Positions 47,675-60,287 of a stretch of 64,000 bases of DNA are shown here, piece after piece (position 1 is the stretch's first letter; each line of letters begins with the position of its first letter). Where the stretch lies: positions 12,593 through 76,592 of the forward strand of contig DJVP01000008.1 in NCBI GenBank assembly GCA_002441245.1. Reading direction: 5' to 3'. The notes beneath the pieces were generated by a model. The model was not told the origin of the DNA and made no database searches. It saw nothing but the letters and a program-made list of their open reading frames with translations. A program made the position numbers and the translations under genes. This stretch comes from Candidatus Omnitrophica bacterium UBA6253 (GTDB lineage Bacteria > Omnitrophota > Gorgyraeia > Gygaellales > Profunditerraquicolaceae).

Positions 47675-48969
47675 TATTTTTGCGGCCAGAATTTTTCAAT
47701 GATTGAAAGCTTTATACCGGTTTCCTCGGGAGTAAAACAATCAGCAAGAATCTGCCAACCCAGATCCAGGGCTTTTTCTAAGGGGATATTTACCTTAAGC
47801 GACATCATATTTTTTTCAAAAAGCGCCCCGTATTTAAGCAGTTTTTGATCCCAGGCGCTCATTTGAAAACCCATAGACTGTTTCTCCAGGGTCTCACGGT
47901 AACTGGCAAAAAGCTGGATCATCGTATCCATAATCGTACGGTGATCAGCCCGGGTCTTCCCGTTAACCTGTTGCTTCAGGCGGCTTAAAGACCCAAAAGG
48001 TTCGATCACCCCGGATTTTAAATAAAACTGCCCTTCGGTAATGTAACCGGTATTGTCTGGTACAGGATGCGTAACGTCATCACCAGGCATGGTTGTTGCA
48101 GAAAGAATAGTGATTGAACCAGCTCCTTCAAAATCAACTGCTTTTTCATATCTTGCGGCGAGCTGGCTATAAAGATCTCCGGGGTAACCGCGGTTAGAAG
48201 GGACTTGTTCCATGGTAATCGAAATTTCTTTCAGGGAATCGGCAAAATTGGTCATATCCGTCAACAAAACTAATACCCGCTTGCCTTTTAGGGCAAAGTC
48301 CTCGGCTACCGCTAAACTAATATCCGGCACCAGCAAACATTCTACAGTCGGGTCAGCTGCAGTATGCATAAAAAATACGCACCGGGAAAGTGCCCCGTGG
48401 GAATTTAACGTCTCTTTAAAAAAGAGATAATCATCATACTTTAATCCCATGCCACCGACAATGATAATATCTACTTCTGCCTGGATAGCGATACGTGCCA
48501 AAAGTTCATTGTAAGGCTCCCCGGCAATTGAAAAAACCGGCAGTTTTTGAGATTCGACAAGAGAATTAAAAACATCAATCATCGGAATACCAGTGCGGAT
48601 AATCTTATTCGGAATAATCCTTTTAGCCGGATTTACCGAAGGCGCCCCAATATCAATTAAGCCATCGCTTAAAGCCGGCCCATGGTCCAGAGGCACTCCG
48701 CTGCCATTAAATATGCGACCGAGTAAATTTTCACCAGTAGCCACCCGCATTGGAAACCCTAGAAATCTCACCTTATCTCCTGTGGCAATACCGCGCGTGC
48801 CGGCAAAAACCTGCAATGATATTTTTTTAGCATCAATGCGGATCACCTGGGCTAAGGATACGCCACGGCTGGTAGTAATCTGAGCAATCTCGGAATACCC
48901 TACCCCTTCGGCTTCCACGGTAATTACGTCCCCGGCGATTTGAATAATATTGGTATAGGCTTTTTGCAT
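47674..48969 (-). CDS. atpB: V/A-type ATPase subunit B
   Basis: 431 aa with a non-catalytic nucleotide-binding fold. Adjacent to subunit A. Confidence 0.9.
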   Translation of the reverse strand: MQKAYTNIIQIAGDVITVEAEGVGYSEIAQITTSRGVSLAQVIRIDAKKISLQVFAGTRGIATGDKVRFLGFPMRVATGENLLGRIFNGSGVPLDHGPALSDGLIDIGAPSVNPAKRIIPNKIIRTGIPMIDVFNSLVESQKLPVFSIAGEPYNELLARIAIQAEVDIIIVGGMGLKYDDYLFFKETLNSHGALSRCVFFMHTAADPTVECLLVPDISLAVAEDFALKGKRVLVLLTDMTNFADSLKEISITMEQVPSNRGYPGDLYSQLAARYEKAVDFEGAGSITILSATTMPGDDVTHPVPDNTGYITEGQFYLKSGVIEPFGSLSRLKQQVNGKTRADHRTIMDTMIQLFASYRETLEKQSMGFQMSAWDQKLLKYGALFEKNMMSLKVNIPLEKALDLGWQILADCFTPEETGIKLSIIEKFWPQK

Positions 48970-48971
48970 AC

Positions 48972-50720
48972 TTATTTATCCTTCTTGATTTTCTTGCTTT
49001 CCAGCAGGGTTACGATTTGAGACTCAACTTTTTTAAATTCCTGGCTATTATATTCAGCGGAATTCCAGGTACGCATAAGCTGACGCAAGGTTTGAAAAAA
49101 AAGCAAAGCAGACGCCTTATCTTGCAGATTATACTCTCCATCCAATACCGAAGAAATAAATTCCAATAAATAAATCTGCCTTTCTTTAGAAGTAGCTTCA
49201 TCTACGTTATCAAAGGCATTCTGCTGCAAATAAACAAAGTCAAAAAAATCTCCTTTGAGGTATTCAATATAATCCGCAAGCGCGGTCCCTTCTTCACCTA
49301 TAACTTTCATCATTTGGGCAATTTCGTTACCGCGATTCAAAATTGATTGATACTTTTCTTTATATTCCGGTTTAACAAAACCGGCGTATTTACTCCAGCT
49401 AATCAAAGGATCGATGGCCGGATACTTCCTGGCATCTGATCGTTCGCGGGAAAGCCCATGAAAGGCACCGACAACCTTAAGCGTGGCCTGCGTCACCGGC
49501 TCCTCAAAATTTCCTCCAGCAGGGCTAACCGCTCCTCCAATAGTTACCGATCCGGTTTCTCCTGACCGTAGCCTGACTACTCCGGCGCGTTCGTAAAAAG
49601 AAGCTATCCGGCTTTCCAGATATGCCGGAAATGCCTCTTCTCCCGGGATTTCCTCGAGGCGTCCGCTCATTTCACGCATTGCCTGTGCCCAACGAGAAGT
49701 CGAATCCGCCAATAATAAAACATTTAATCCCATCTGGCGATAATATTCAGCAATGGTTACAGCCGTATATACACTGGATTCCCGGGCAGCCACAGGCATA
49801 GAACTGGTGTTACAAATAATTACCGTACGGTCAATTAAAGGCTTCTTTGTACGAGGGTCTATTAATTCAGGAAAAGTCCTTAATGTTTCTACTACTTCCC
49901 CGGCACGTTCGCCGCAGGCGGCGATAATCACGATATCCACTTCGGCGTGGCGGCTGACTAATTGCTGCAAAACTGTTTTGCCGGCTCCGAATGGACCAGG
50001 AGTACAATAAGTACCCCCGCGGTTAATCGGAAAGAGCGAATCAATCAAACGCATCTTGGTAACCAGCGGCTCGCTCGGCCTTAATTTTTCCGCATAGGCG
50101 CAAATCGGCATCTTTACCGGCCAGATCTGCTGCAAAAAGACATCATGCAATATTCCGGAGCTGTCTTTAAGCTGGGCAATAACCTGTTTTAAATTATACT
50201 TACCCGGGGCGGCAATACTGACCACCTCTAAACTGCCGCTTAAATCAAAGGGGGCCATAATATAATGTTTAAAAATCTTTTCCGGTACAAAACCTAACCA
50301 ACTACCCGCTAATACCTTATCTTGCGGTTTGACAAGTGGGCTAAATTCCCACTGCGTTTCATCAGGCAAAGCCTCAAGGTAAACTCCTCTTTTTAAGAAA
50401 AATCCGCATTTTTTGGCTAAAGCCGGAAGAGGATTCTGTAAGCCATCAAAGATCTGGCCTAATAATCCCGGGCCCAATTCTACGCAGAGAAGCTCGCCGC
50501 TAAATTCCACCGCATCCCCTGCCTTCAAACCTTGCGTGCTTTCATAAACCTGCATCTCAGCCTGATTCTGACGCACGCGGATCACTTCAGCCTTTAAACG
50601 CTCCTGGCCGTGAATAACATAGGCTACTTCATTTTGAATAATTTGCCCTTCGATCTGAGCGGTAACCATATTGGCATTAACTTTAATTATTCGTCCGGTT
50701 CTTATTTTTTCCATGGTCAA
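48972..50720 (-). CDS. atpA: V/A-type ATPase catalytic subunit A
   Basis: 582 aa. Walker A GPFGAGKT, and a non-homologous insert typical of A subunits. Confidence 0.9.
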   Translation of the reverse strand: MTMEKIRTGRIIKVNANMVTAQIEGQIIQNEVAYVIHGQERLKAEVIRVRQNQAEMQVYESTQGLKAGDAVEFSGELLCVELGPGLLGQIFDGLQNPLPALAKKCGFFLKRGVYLEALPDETQWEFSPLVKPQDKVLAGSWLGFVPEKIFKHYIMAPFDLSGSLEVVSIAAPGKYNLKQVIAQLKDSSGILHDVFLQQIWPVKMPICAYAEKLRPSEPLVTKMRLIDSLFPINRGGTYCTPGPFGAGKTVLQQLVSRHAEVDIVIIAACGERAGEVVETLRTFPELIDPRTKKPLIDRTVIICNTSSMPVAARESSVYTAVTIAEYYRQMGLNVLLLADSTSRWAQAMREMSGRLEEIPGEEAFPAYLESRIASFYERAGVVRLRSGETGSVTIGGAVSPAGGNFEEPVTQATLKVVGAFHGLSRERSDARKYPAIDPLISWSKYAGFVKPEYKEKYQSILNRGNEIAQMMKVIGEEGTALADYIEYLKGDFFDFVYLQQNAFDNVDEATSKERQIYLLEFISSVLDGEYNLQDKASALLFFQTLRQLMRTWNSAEYNSQEFKKVESQIVTLLESKKIKKDK

Positions 50721-50721
50721 T

Positions 50722-51252
50722 TTAATTTAAAAGTGCAGTATTTAACAAATGTTCCCTGTCTGCTGTTTGGATTTTTTCCCAACGCTCCAGGATCTTAAGT
50801 TTTAACCCGTAAATCAGTAAAAAATCAAAATCAAAATAGTGCCCTTGGTTCAAATCTTCCAGGAAATTCCATCTGGCTTGATCAAGAATCATCTCCGCTT
50901 CCAATATCGAGGTACTCCGGTAAGCAATCATCGCTGTATGGCTGATCTGGGCCTGCGCTGAATCCGGAAAGCGCAAGAATTTTAAAGGGTCAATTTTTTT
51001 CCGGGTTGCCCTAGCATGCACCAATTCATTTCTAAGCGCAATCTCAAAACTAACCCACTGTTTTAAACTATTGCTTACCGGAACATCTAAAGAATAACTG
51101 TTCTGTCCGCAGGTATTGCGCAAAATTTCAAGCTCCTTCTCAGGTATTAAATTCTTACATTTGTTAAAGAAATCCTCCAAACTAAATGGTAATTTAGCTG
51201 AAAAATTCAGTACGGGTAAACTGGAAATCAAATATATGTAATAAGCAGACAT
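50722..51252 (-). CDS. Hypothetical protein inside the V-ATPase operon (DUF2764-like position)
   Basis: 176 aa with no ATPase subunit motif. It sits between subunits E and A. Confidence 0.4.
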   Translation of the reverse strand: MSAYYIYLISSLPVLNFSAKLPFSLEDFFNKCKNLIPEKELEILRNTCGQNSYSLDVPVSNSLKQWVSFEIALRNELVHARATRKKIDPLKFLRFPDSAQAQISHTAMIAYRSTSILEAEMILDQARWNFLEDLNQGHYFDFDFLLIYGLKLKILERWEKIQTADREHLLNTALLN

Positions 51253-51855
51253 TTATTCGGGTTTTAAAATTTTACCTAGTTCCGGCTTAAGGCATCCGGA
51301 GATATAGTCACTCAGGGCTTGCCCGCTAAAATCAAAGATAGATTTACCGGCATCAAAACTGATGATAAAACCACTCTCAATCGTATCGGCAGATTTCAAA
51401 ACTATGTTTTTTTTAGTTTCGGAAATTAGTTGCTTTAAAAACCCCTGCCCTAACTTATCCTTATCAAGTGGATTTAAGGAAACCACGACCTGCGACCCCA
51501 GATCCAGTGGCGTATTCTTAATCAACGAAGCGATAATTTTAGACAGCTCTTCAACAGTTAGGGCAAGCCGCAGATCCAGCTTAATCAACCGTTCCAACAT
51601 AGCAATAATCTCCTGCCTTAGGCTAATTAACATATCCCTGCCTGCCTGCTCTAAAGCCGAACGGGTAGAGTCATCCGTCTTCTTGGCTTGATTGTTTGCC
51701 TGCTCAATAATTTTTTGGGCCTGGATTTTTGCCTCTGAAATTATTTTTAAAGCGTCTTTTTCGGCATCGGTTTTTATCTGGGCAGCCTGAGTCTGCGCTA
51801 CCTGAATTCCTTCTGTTTGAATCTTTGCGATTAAATCTTTAATTTCCTGCGCCAT
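51253..51855 (-). CDS. atpE: V/A-type ATPase subunit E
   Basis: 200 aa. An N-terminal long helix rich in A/Q/K/E, and a globular C-terminus. Confidence 0.8.
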   Translation of the reverse strand: MAQEIKDLIAKIQTEGIQVAQTQAAQIKTDAEKDALKIISEAKIQAQKIIEQANNQAKKTDDSTRSALEQAGRDMLISLRQEIIAMLERLIKLDLRLALTVEELSKIIASLIKNTPLDLGSQVVVSLNPLDKDKLGQGFLKQLISETKKNIVLKSADTIESGFIISFDAGKSIFDFSGQALSDYISGCLKPELGKILKPE

Positions 51856-52534
51856 ATAAATCTCCTAACAGTTTTTCTGTTTGCAGTAACGGGTCAGGCG
51901 CCTTTAGAACCGGCCTGCCAATTACCAAAAAATCGCTGCCGGATTTAACTGCCTGACTTACCGTGGTTATTCTTTTTTGGTCATCCCGCTTGGATTCATC
52001 CGGACGAATTCCCGGAGTAACCATGATAAAATTATTTTTAATTTTACGCCGCAAAATTATGCCTTCCTGCGCAGAACAAACCACTCCGTCTAACCCGCAA
52101 GCTATCCCCTGCTTTGCTAATTTTAGAACCTCTCGGTGGTTAGTCTTTTGGCTGGTGAGAACAGTAACCCCGATCAATAAAGGTGGAGGGTTTTTTAATG
52201 CACTTGCCTGCTCTTTAGCTGACTCCACCGCAGCCTTTAACATTTCCTGCCCGCCGGAAATATGCAAGGTAAGCATTTTTACCTTAAGCCTTACCGCAGC
52301 AGCTACCGCTTGAGCAACGGTATTAGGGATGTCAAAATACTTAAGATCTAAAAAAACCTCAGCCCCTTTTTTATGCAATAGGTCAATAATCTTTGGCCCA
52401 TAAGCCGTAAAAAGATGGCTGCCGACCTTAAAAAACCTTATCTTAGGATAAAGTTTTTCCACAAAATTCTCAGCCTCTTCTAATGTATTTACGTCTAAGG
52501 CTAAAATTATCTCGGGCGAACTTAATCTTTGCAT
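51839..52534 (-). CDS. pyrF: Orotidine-5'-phosphate decarboxylase
   Basis: 231 aa. Has the ILALDV and FLDLKYFDIPNT motifs. Confidence 0.9.
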   Translation of the reverse strand: MQRLSSPEIILALDVNTLEEAENFVEKLYPKIRFFKVGSHLFTAYGPKIIDLLHKKGAEVFLDLKYFDIPNTVAQAVAAAVRLKVKMLTLHISGGQEMLKAAVESAKEQASALKNPPPLLIGVTVLTSQKTNHREVLKLAKQGIACGLDGVVCSAQEGIILRRKIKNNFIMVTPGIRPDESKRDDQKRITTVSQAVKSGSDFLVIGRPVLKAPDPLLQTEKLLGDLYGAGN

Positions 52535-53457
52535 GCCTTTAATCTTCCGGTGATATTACTCAAACTCAAGATACCATTATCAGCCATATACTGCCTTAAT
52601 CCAGAGATAATTTCCAAACTTGCTTTCGGATTAATAAAGTTTGCGGTTCCCACGCTAACGGCTGTGGCGCCGGCAATAATAAATTCCAGGGCGCTTTCCG
52701 TGTCCATTATACCACCCATGCCGATAATGGGAATCTTAATCTTATTATAAACCTCCCAAACCATCTTCACCGCTATCGGCCTGATCGCCGGACCGCTTAA
52801 ACCGCCCTCCCAAGCACCCAGCATAGGAATACGCTTATGCACATCTATACTCATCCCGCTAAGTGTATTAATTAAAGCTAAGGCGTCGCTGCCGGCTCCT
52901 TCCGCAGCCATGGCGATATCAGATATACAAGTAACATTGGGAGACAGTTTGGTAATCAGAATCTTTGATGTTAACTTACGCACTAGGCTAACTAATTCAA
53001 AAGTAGCTTGGGCATCTTGAGAAATTAATCTATCTTTTTGTAAGTTAGGGCAGGAAATATTCAACTCAATCGCCGAAACCGCGTCCATTTTATCCAGCTT
53101 GCTAACCAGAACAGAAAACTCTTCCGGGCTATCTTCTGCGGCAATACTTACAATAACCGGGATACCCAGCTTCTTTAAAAATGGCAGCTTTTCCTCTATA
53201 AACACATCTATACCGGGATTCTCTAATCCGATAGAGTTAAGCATGCCCGAAGGAGTCTCGCAAGTCCGCGGAGGCAGATTTCCGATCCGAGGCTTTACAG
53301 TAATAGTTTTAGTAACTATGGCCCCGAGTTTCTTCAGGTCGATCAACCCCTTAAACTCCTCGGCATAACCAAAAGTTCCAGAGGCAACCATTACCGGGTT
53401 CTTCAAATCAAGATTCCCGATATTTACGCTGATATCCGGTTTGATATTCTTTACCAA
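52522..53457 (-). CDS. pyrD: Dihydroorotate dehydrogenase catalytic subunit (class 1B)
   Basis: 311 aa TIM-barrel flavoprotein. Has the NISCPN motif. Adjacent to pyrK. Confidence 0.9.
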   Translation of the reverse strand: MVKNIKPDISVNIGNLDLKNPVMVASGTFGYAEEFKGLIDLKKLGAIVTKTITVKPRIGNLPPRTCETPSGMLNSIGLENPGIDVFIEEKLPFLKKLGIPVIVSIAAEDSPEEFSVLVSKLDKMDAVSAIELNISCPNLQKDRLISQDAQATFELVSLVRKLTSKILITKLSPNVTCISDIAMAAEGAGSDALALINTLSGMSIDVHKRIPMLGAWEGGLSGPAIRPIAVKMVWEVYNKIKIPIIGMGGIMDTESALEFIIAGATAVSVGTANFINPKASLEIISGLRQYMADNGILSLSNITGRLKACKD

Positions 53458-54242
53458 ATTAACTCCTTGCCCAAGAAAACCGGGCCATCTTTACAAACTC
53501 TTTTATATCCTGCTCTAGTCGGTACAACACAACCTAAACATGCACCAAATCCGCAAGCCATGTGTCTCTCCAGGGAAAGCTGACTGGCAATATTATTCTC
53601 ACAGGAAAGTTGGGCAACAGCTTTTAACATCGGCTGTGGGCCGCAGGCATATATATTTATAGGCCTATCCGCCGGGGATTTTTTTAATAAGATTTCTTTT
53701 AAAAGATCCGTAACTTTGCCCTTAAACCCGAGAGAACCGTCATCGGTAGCGATGATTAATTTACAACCCAAAGCCTTGAACTCCCTCAAACAGAGAACCT
53801 GTTCTTTTTTCCTTGCTCCAACCAAAACCAGCGGACTGATAAATTTAATTTTCTCAGTCAGAAAAACTAAAGGCGCCACCCCCATACCCCCGGCAACTAA
53901 AACAGCTTGGGAAGAATCCGGTTTTGCGGTTTTGCGGAGATATTCAAAACCATTACCCAGGGGACCGATGATATCTAAAAGATCGCCAGGTCTTTTCTCA
54001 GACAAAATCTGAGTACCTCGGCCGACAACTTCATAAAGAAGCCTTACCCCTGACTTACTTACGTTATGAATACTGATCGGCCTTCTTAATAACGGATCCG
54101 TTCCATGATTAACCTTAACCTCGATAAACTGCCCCGGTACGGCGTTTCGGGCAATTAACCTGGATTCAAACTCTAAATGCCAATAATTATCTTTGAGTTT
54201 TTTATTAGAAATTATTCTAACTTTTACCTGCAGCTTTTCCAT
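53451..54242 (-). CDS. pyrK: Dihydroorotate dehydrogenase electron-transfer subunit
   Basis: 263 aa with an FNR-like fold. The C-terminal Fe-S Cys cluster is CGFGACLGC. Confidence 0.85.
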   Translation of the reverse strand: MEKLQVKVRIISNKKLKDNYWHLEFESRLIARNAVPGQFIEVKVNHGTDPLLRRPISIHNVSKSGVRLLYEVVGRGTQILSEKRPGDLLDIIGPLGNGFEYLRKTAKPDSSQAVLVAGGMGVAPLVFLTEKIKFISPLVLVGARKKEQVLCLREFKALGCKLIIATDDGSLGFKGKVTDLLKEILLKKSPADRPINIYACGPQPMLKAVAQLSCENNIASQLSLERHMACGFGACLGCVVPTRAGYKRVCKDGPVFLGKELIW

Positions 54243-54924
54243 CTCTTTTAGTTGTCCAATTACTCAGTAAAATTATAAAAATTACAAATAAAACAAATGT
54301 CAGGAACAACCAGGAGGATTGGCGGATGTAAAACCCAAACCCCTCCCTGGTAATATCCTCCCAGGATTCCACTAACAGGGTCAGTAAAAGAAGCGCTAAA
54401 ATGGAGCCAATTTCTTTTTTAAACCAAGATATTTTTATCGGCAAATATTCACTTATATCCAATTTAATTATTGTAAATAAGGACGGTAGTATGCGCGGCA
54501 CTTTCCTGCAATAATCTTTATATGACTCGGGAAATACAGCTAAAAGTTTTTTTTCTTCTTTATATATAAGCTTTATATAGCGTATAATAAAAACTGCAAT
54601 GAAGATTACCACAGCCCACCACTTAAACACCGCCAGCACCACACCCAGGCCGATTAAGAATATACCCAGGTACATAGGATTGCGCACAATTTGATAAGGC
54701 CCATCCTGTATTAATGCCTGGCTTTCGCAAGAATGTTCTGCTTTATAGCCACGGGCGGAAACGCGGATTATTTGACCTAACAGAATGCAGGAAAATCCCA
54801 GGATCTCCACATATTCCTCTATGCCTCCAGAAATGTTGTTGCGAAAGAAGATGCTGGGAAAGAATACAACTAAAATTGCCGCGCAAGCCATGATAATTCC
54901 GTTAATTTTAAGCCGTTTTTTCAT
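54217..54924 (-). CDS. Isoprenylcysteine carboxyl methyltransferase (ICMT/PEMT)-family membrane protein
   Basis: 235 aa, polytopic. The motif is VRNPMYLG. Confidence 0.7.
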   Translation of the reverse strand: MKKRLKINGIIMACAAILVVFFPSIFFRNNISGGIEEYVEILGFSCILLGQIIRVSARGYKAEHSCESQALIQDGPYQIVRNPMYLGIFLIGLGVVLAVFKWWAVVIFIAVFIIRYIKLIYKEEKKLLAVFPESYKDYCRKVPRILPSLFTIIKLDISEYLPIKISWFKKEIGSILALLLLTLLVESWEDITREGFGFYIRQSSWLFLTFVLFVIFIILLSNWTTKRDGKAAGKS

Positions 54925-54927
54925 ATT

Positions 54928-55746
54928 TTACATTTGGCACTTAGGACAAAAATATGTGCCTCTGCCTCCCTGAGTAATTTTTTTGATTTTGCTATTGCAA
55001 ACAAAACAAGGTTGATCTTGCCTGCCATAAACACGGTGGAATTTAACATAATCCCCCTTCTTGCCAGAAAGCCGCACATAGTCATCAATAGAAGAGCCAC
55101 CATGTTTAATCGCCTTGCTTAAGACCTTTTTGATTTCTTTATATACCGCCTTCTTTTCTCCCTCGCTTAAACTTTGTGCCGACCTGGCCGGATCAACCTT
55201 GGCCCGGAATAAGATTTCCGATGCATAGAGATTACCAATCCCGGCAATAAACGACTGCTCCATAAGCAAAGGCTTGATTTTTGTTTTCTTTTTAAAAAGC
55301 ATATCCTTAAAATCGCCATAAGTCAAATCAAATGGCTCAGGGCCGAGGCTTTGGATAAATTTTATCTTTCCCCAATCATCAACTAAACGTAATTCCCCGA
55401 ATAGGCGCTGGTCATTAAAATCTAAAATTTTTCCCCCGGAGAGATGAAAAACTACACGGCTGTTTTTGGCTTTACCCGAATTGCTCAATTTTTGCCTAAG
55501 CACCAGCTGCCCGGTCATCTTTAAGTGTATAGTCAAAGCTGAGCCATTAGATAACTCTAAAATTAAAAGCTTGCCCCGGCGTAAGATATTTTTTATAACT
55601 AATCCCTCAAGGGACTTTTTAAATACAGGAGGGGAGGGTTCCCGTATAACCATAGGGTTATACACGCAAACTTTTTTGATTTTTGCGCCTAAGATTATCT
55701 TCTGCAAATCCCTCTTGATTGTCTCTACTTCCGGCAACTCCGGCAT
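54928..55746 (-). CDS. mutM: Formamidopyrimidine-DNA glycosylase
   Basis: 272 aa. N-terminal MPELPEVE, and a C-terminal zinc finger CFVCNSKIKKITQGGRGTYFCPKCQ. Confidence 0.9.
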   Translation of the reverse strand: MPELPEVETIKRDLQKIILGAKIKKVCVYNPMVIREPSPPVFKKSLEGLVIKNILRRGKLLILELSNGSALTIHLKMTGQLVLRQKLSNSGKAKNSRVVFHLSGGKILDFNDQRLFGELRLVDDWGKIKFIQSLGPEPFDLTYGDFKDMLFKKKTKIKPLLMEQSFIAGIGNLYASEILFRAKVDPARSAQSLSEGEKKAVYKEIKKVLSKAIKHGGSSIDDYVRLSGKKGDYVKFHRVYGRQDQPCFVCNSKIKKITQGGRGTYFCPKCQM

Positions 55747-55755
55747 ATTCTTTAC

Positions 55756-58700
55756 CTATTTAACCTTCTTGCCTTTAATTTTATGATACTCCTGCAAAGA
55801 TTTCACGCTTAAATCTTTTTTCATAAACATTTCAATCCCGCTTACCGTTGCCTGGGCCCCAAAAATCGTAGTGGTGTAAGGTATATTATAAAGAATTACC
55901 TGCGAACGTATTTTTACCTCATCCTGGCGGGGTATTCTTCCTGACGGCGTGTTAATAACCATTTGTATCTTACCGTCTTTCATCAAATCCAAGATGTTCG
56001 GTCTGCCCTCGGTGATTTTGGGTAGCACCTTAGCCGGAATATTATTTTTCTCCAACACTGAAGCTGTTCCGCTGGAGGCAAAAAGGTTAAATCCTAAATC
56101 TTTTAGCTTTTTGGCAATAGCAATCACATCTCTTTTGTCCCGGTCATGTACAGAAATAAATACGTTACCTTTTCTGGGAATCTTCTGCCCTGCAGCAATC
56201 TGACTTTTGATGTAAGCACTGGAAAAATCTGTATCGATCCCCATAACCTCACCAGTAGATTTCATCTCCGGCCCCAACATAACATCTACTCCGGGAAAAC
56301 GGTTAAAAGGAAAAACCGATTCTTTCACTGCTATATGCTTGGGGATCAGCTCTTCGGCAAAACCCAAATCTTTTAGCTTTTTACCCAGCATAACTTTGGT
56401 TGCTAACTTTGCCAGAGGCACTCCGATAACCTTAGAGACTAAAGGCACAGTCCGCGATGCGCGGGGGTTAACTTCCAATATATATACCTTGGCATCTTTA
56501 ACCGCATATTGCACATTCATTAATCCCACGATATTAAGTTCTTTGGCCAAGCGATAAGTAGCCTCCCTTATCTTTTTTAAAATATCAGGAGACAAGGTAT
56601 AGGTAGGAAGGGACATCGCCGCATCTCCTGAATGCACCCCTGCCTGTTCAATATGTTCCATAATCCCGCCAATAACAAAAGTTTCGCCATCGCCTATTAA
56701 ATCTACATCCACTTCAATAGCATCTTCCAGGAATTTATCTATTAATATAGGATGCTCTCCAGAAACCTCTGCCGCCTCTTTAATAAATCTTTCCAGGAGT
56801 TCTGCGTCATAAACAATTTCCATGGCCCGTCCGCCCAATACATATGACGGCCTGACTAACACGGGATAGCCAATATTGCTAGCCACTTTCTGAGCTTCTT
56901 CAAAAGTAAATACCGTGCCGCTGTTTGGCTGCAATAAACCCAACTTATCGATCATATGCTTAAAACGTTTGCGGTCCTCGGCGATATCGATACTTTCAGA
57001 GCTGGTTCCTAAAATATTTACACCAGCCTCTCTTAAAGCCACTGCCAGATTAATCGGAGTCTGTCCGCCAAACTGCACAATTACCCCTATCGGCTTTTCA
57101 ATTTCAATAATGTTCATAATATCTTCGAATGTAAGCGGCTCAAAATAAAGACGGTCGGAAGTATCATAATCAGTAGAAACTGTCTCAGGATTACAGTTAA
57201 CCATGATACTATCTACGCCTTCCTCTTTAAGGGCATAGGCAGCATGACAGCAGCAATAATCAAACTCAATTCCCTGTCCAATCCTGTTTGGGCCGCCACC
57301 CAAAATTATTACCTTTTTATTCCTGCTTGGCCTGGCCTCATCCTTAGTTTCTTGTGTCGAATAAAAATACGGCTGCTTAGCATTAAATTCTCCGGCACAA
57401 GTATCTACTAATTTATAAACTGCTCTTGAATTATTCTTTTTACGCAATTGTCTCACCTTTTCCTCCTTGGCATTCAGCAGAAAAGCAAGCTGGATATCGG
57501 AAAATCCGTCTGCTTTTGCCTGCACCAATAACTCCTGTGGTATATTTGGCTCGTCTTCTATCTTCTTGTTTTTATAACGCTTGATTTCCTCTTCCAGCTC
57601 CACCAGCTGTTTCATGTTATCAAGAAACCAGCGGTCAATATGGCTTAACCTGTAAATTTCATCGAGGCCTAAACCGGCCTTCAACGCATAACGTATATAA
57701 AAAAACCTCTCATCATTGGGGATAGAAATTTTATCTTTAATCTGCTTAAGCAAAACGCTGTCCGCTTTTTTAAGCATTTCATCGCTGATCTTATCCTTGC
57801 CGTCAGCGCCAAATCCGTACCGCTTTATTTCAATTGACCGCATACCTTTTTGCAGGGCCTCTTTAAAGTTCCTGCCGATGGACATTGCCTCTCCGACAGC
57901 CTTCATAGAAGTATTCAATACCCTTTCCGCATACGGAAATTTCTCAAAAGTAAACCTGCATATTTTAAATACGCAGTAATCCACTGTCGGTTCAAAAAAT
58001 GAAGTGGTCTTACTGGTGACCTGATTCATTACTTCGGGCAAGGTTAAGCCTACTGCTAACTTTGTTGCAATCCTGGCAATAGGCACTCCTGTGGCCTTCG
58101 ATGCCAAAGCCGAAGAGCGGGAAAGCCGTGGGTTAACTTCAATAATAACAATCTTGCCGTTATCAGGATTCTGCCCAAATTGAATATTGGCACCTCCTCC
58201 TGATATACCGATTTTTCGAATAATCTTTTTACAGAGGTTGACAAAATTAATATACTCCTCGGGGGTCAGGGTTTGGGCAGGAGCAACAACAATACTATCT
58301 CCGGTATGTACACCCATAGGATCAACGTTCTCCATAGAGGTAACCATAATCACATTGTCAGCGCAGTCGCGCATTACCTCAAATTCAATCTCTTTCCAGC
58401 CTAAAACCGACTGCTCTACTAAAATCTGGTGGACCGGGCTGGCTTCGATCCCCTTAGCCAAAAAAGATTCCAGTTCCTCTTTATTATATGCTATAGCCCC
58501 TCCACTACCGCCCAAACAGTAAGCAGGACGTAAGATCAATGGGAACCCGATATCTAACCCAATTCTCATCCCCTCTTTAACACTCGTAGCAATCCCGCTT
58601 TTAGGAACCTCCACTTCAATCTCTTGCATTGCCTTTTTAAAAAGATTCCTGTCCTCGGCGCAAGAGATAGCCCCCACAGAAGAGCCTATAGACTCAACTC

Positions 58701-59058
58701 CGTATTTTTTAAGCACGCCATGTTTCATTAAAAAAAAGGCCAGGTTTAATCCTGTTTGCCCTCCAAGAGTCGGCAATATGGCATCTGGCCGTTCCTTAGC
58801 GATTATTTTCGTAAGCACATCAACGGTAAGCGGTTCAATATAAGTAACATCAGCCATTCCCGGATCTGTCATAATCGTTGCCGGGTTAGAATTTACTAAA
58901 ACAGTGCGATACCCTTCCTCCCTTAAAGCCTTACAGGCCTGAGAACCGGAATAATCAAACTCGCATGCCTGGCCTATAACTATCGGCCCGGAACCAATTA
59001 TTAAAATTTTCTTTATATCTTTACGCCTTGGCATATCTATCTCCTTATGCGCAAACAC
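55756..59058 (-). CDS. carB: Carbamoyl-phosphate synthase large subunit
   Basis: 1100 aa. Duplicated ATP-grasp halves plus an MGS-like C-terminal domain. Confidence 0.95.
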   Translation of the reverse strand: MFAHKEIDMPRRKDIKKILIIGSGPIVIGQACEFDYSGSQACKALREEGYRTVLVNSNPATIMTDPGMADVTYIEPLTVDVLTKIIAKERPDAILPTLGGQTGLNLAFFLMKHGVLKKYGVESIGSSVGAISCAEDRNLFKKAMQEIEVEVPKSGIATSVKEGMRIGLDIGFPLILRPAYCLGGSGGAIAYNKEELESFLAKGIEASPVHQILVEQSVLGWKEIEFEVMRDCADNVIMVTSMENVDPMGVHTGDSIVVAPAQTLTPEEYINFVNLCKKIIRKIGISGGGANIQFGQNPDNGKIVIIEVNPRLSRSSALASKATGVPIARIATKLAVGLTLPEVMNQVTSKTTSFFEPTVDYCVFKICRFTFEKFPYAERVLNTSMKAVGEAMSIGRNFKEALQKGMRSIEIKRYGFGADGKDKISDEMLKKADSVLLKQIKDKISIPNDERFFYIRYALKAGLGLDEIYRLSHIDRWFLDNMKQLVELEEEIKRYKNKKIEDEPNIPQELLVQAKADGFSDIQLAFLLNAKEEKVRQLRKKNNSRAVYKLVDTCAGEFNAKQPYFYSTQETKDEARPSRNKKVIILGGGPNRIGQGIEFDYCCCHAAYALKEEGVDSIMVNCNPETVSTDYDTSDRLYFEPLTFEDIMNIIEIEKPIGVIVQFGGQTPINLAVALREAGVNILGTSSESIDIAEDRKRFKHMIDKLGLLQPNSGTVFTFEEAQKVASNIGYPVLVRPSYVLGGRAMEIVYDAELLERFIKEAAEVSGEHPILIDKFLEDAIEVDVDLIGDGETFVIGGIMEHIEQAGVHSGDAAMSLPTYTLSPDILKKIREATYRLAKELNIVGLMNVQYAVKDAKVYILEVNPRASRTVPLVSKVIGVPLAKLATKVMLGKKLKDLGFAEELIPKHIAVKESVFPFNRFPGVDVMLGPEMKSTGEVMGIDTDFSSAYIKSQIAAGQKIPRKGNVFISVHDRDKRDVIAIAKKLKDLGFNLFASSGTASVLEKNNIPAKVLPKITEGRPNILDLMKDGKIQMVINTPSGRIPRQDEVKIRSQVILYNIPYTTTIFGAQATVSGIEMFMKKDLSVKSLQEYHKIKGKKVK

Positions 59059-59074
59059 ACAAACGCAATACTTG

Positions 59075-60145
59075 TCAGCGCTGAGCGCTTAATAATTTAT
59101 TAAATTTAACCAACATAGGATTCACCTGGTCGAAACCAGCAGATACCGGATTATATTGCACACCGATTAATTTTAAACTTTTACTCTCTATCTCTTCAGG
59201 AGTATGATCATTTAAATTATGGGCAGTAACCTTTAACCCTTTAACCTTACATAATGCATCATAATCCATAACATAACCATGATTTTGAACAGTAATTTCC
59301 CCTTTAAATGAGCCAGGCCTGGCTAGCGGATAATTTGCCCCCCGATGCCCTAATTTTAGCCGGATTAACCCTACCCCTAAAGCAGCTGCTAAAACCTGAC
59401 AGCCTGTAGCGACTCCTAGTATAGGTAATTTACCAAGAAGTGGTTTTATGTTTTGCGCTACCCGGGTTAACTCTGGATCATTTTCCGGGCCGCTCGAAAT
59501 AACTATACCCTTGGGGTTGATTGATAAAATTTGTTTTACGCTGGCATTATAAGGGAAAATATTTAAAGAGTATCCCAATGCCTCTAATTGCCTAAGCAAG
59601 CCATTAGTTACCCCCATGTCCAAAACCGTCAACCTCTCTCCTTTGCCTATAATTTTTAACTTAGAAACCGAAATTTCCGGCAGAAGAGTTTGCGCAGGCT
59701 GTCTTTTAATTTGGTTTATCTTCTCCACTAATTTTTTGGGGTCAAACTCCTTAGTAGAAATCACCCCAAACAACGGCCCCTTTTCCCTTAAATGCACAGC
59801 CAGGGTGCGGGTATCAAGGCCATAAATTGTAAAAGCATTTTTTTCTTTTAAAAAATCACCCAGGCTTGACTTTGCCTGAAAATTAGAATAAATCCGGCTC
59901 GTTTCTTTAACTACCAGTCCACTTACCCAAACCTTGAGCGATTCATTAAATTTTGGAGCTGTTCCATAATTACCAATTAACGGGTAAGTAAGCACAAGTA
60001 TCTTCCCGGCATTAGCAGGGTCTGTGATCATCTCCTGGTATCCCACTACAGAAGTATTTAAAATTACCTCTCCGAAGCATTCTGAGTTTAAATCGCTATT
60101 TGCGTTAAAACTTTTACCATCTTCTAAAACTAAGATTGCCTTCAT
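59075..60145 (-). CDS. carA: Carbamoyl-phosphate synthase small (glutamine amidotransferase) subunit
   Basis: 356 aa. GATase catalytic Cys in [10 protein letters not shown], plus His-containing C-terminal motifs. Confidence 0.9.
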   Translation of the reverse strand: MKAILVLEDGKSFNANSDLNSECFGEVILNTSVVGYQEMITDPANAGKILVLTYPLIGNYGTAPKFNESLKVWVSGLVVKETSRIYSNFQAKSSLGDFLKEKNAFTIYGLDTRTLAVHLREKGPLFGVISTKEFDPKKLVEKINQIKRQPAQTLLPEISVSKLKIIGKGERLTVLDMGVTNGLLRQLEALGYSLNIFPYNASVKQILSINPKGIVISSGPENDPELTRVAQNIKPLLGKLPILGVATGCQVLAAALGVGLIRLKLGHRGANYPLARPGSFKGEITVQNHGYVMDYDALCKVKGLKVTAHNLNDHTPEEIESKSLKLIGVQYNPVSAGFDQVNPMLVKFNKLLSAQR

Positions 60146-60287
60146 GGCTTAATCTCTCCTATCTGCCATTATTGTCATATTTTAACCAGTTTAAGCTATT
60201 ATATAAACCACTTTAGCCACTTTATTAGCTATTTTATGGGTTATTTACTCCACATATCTTTAATTAGTTCTTATTCCTGCCACTTAT

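Noticed and set aside
50722-51252. Calling the 176-aa ORF V-ATPase subunit C or F
   Set aside because: The length and sequence fit neither subunit C (about 320 aa) nor F (about 100 aa). I left it as a hypothetical operon member.
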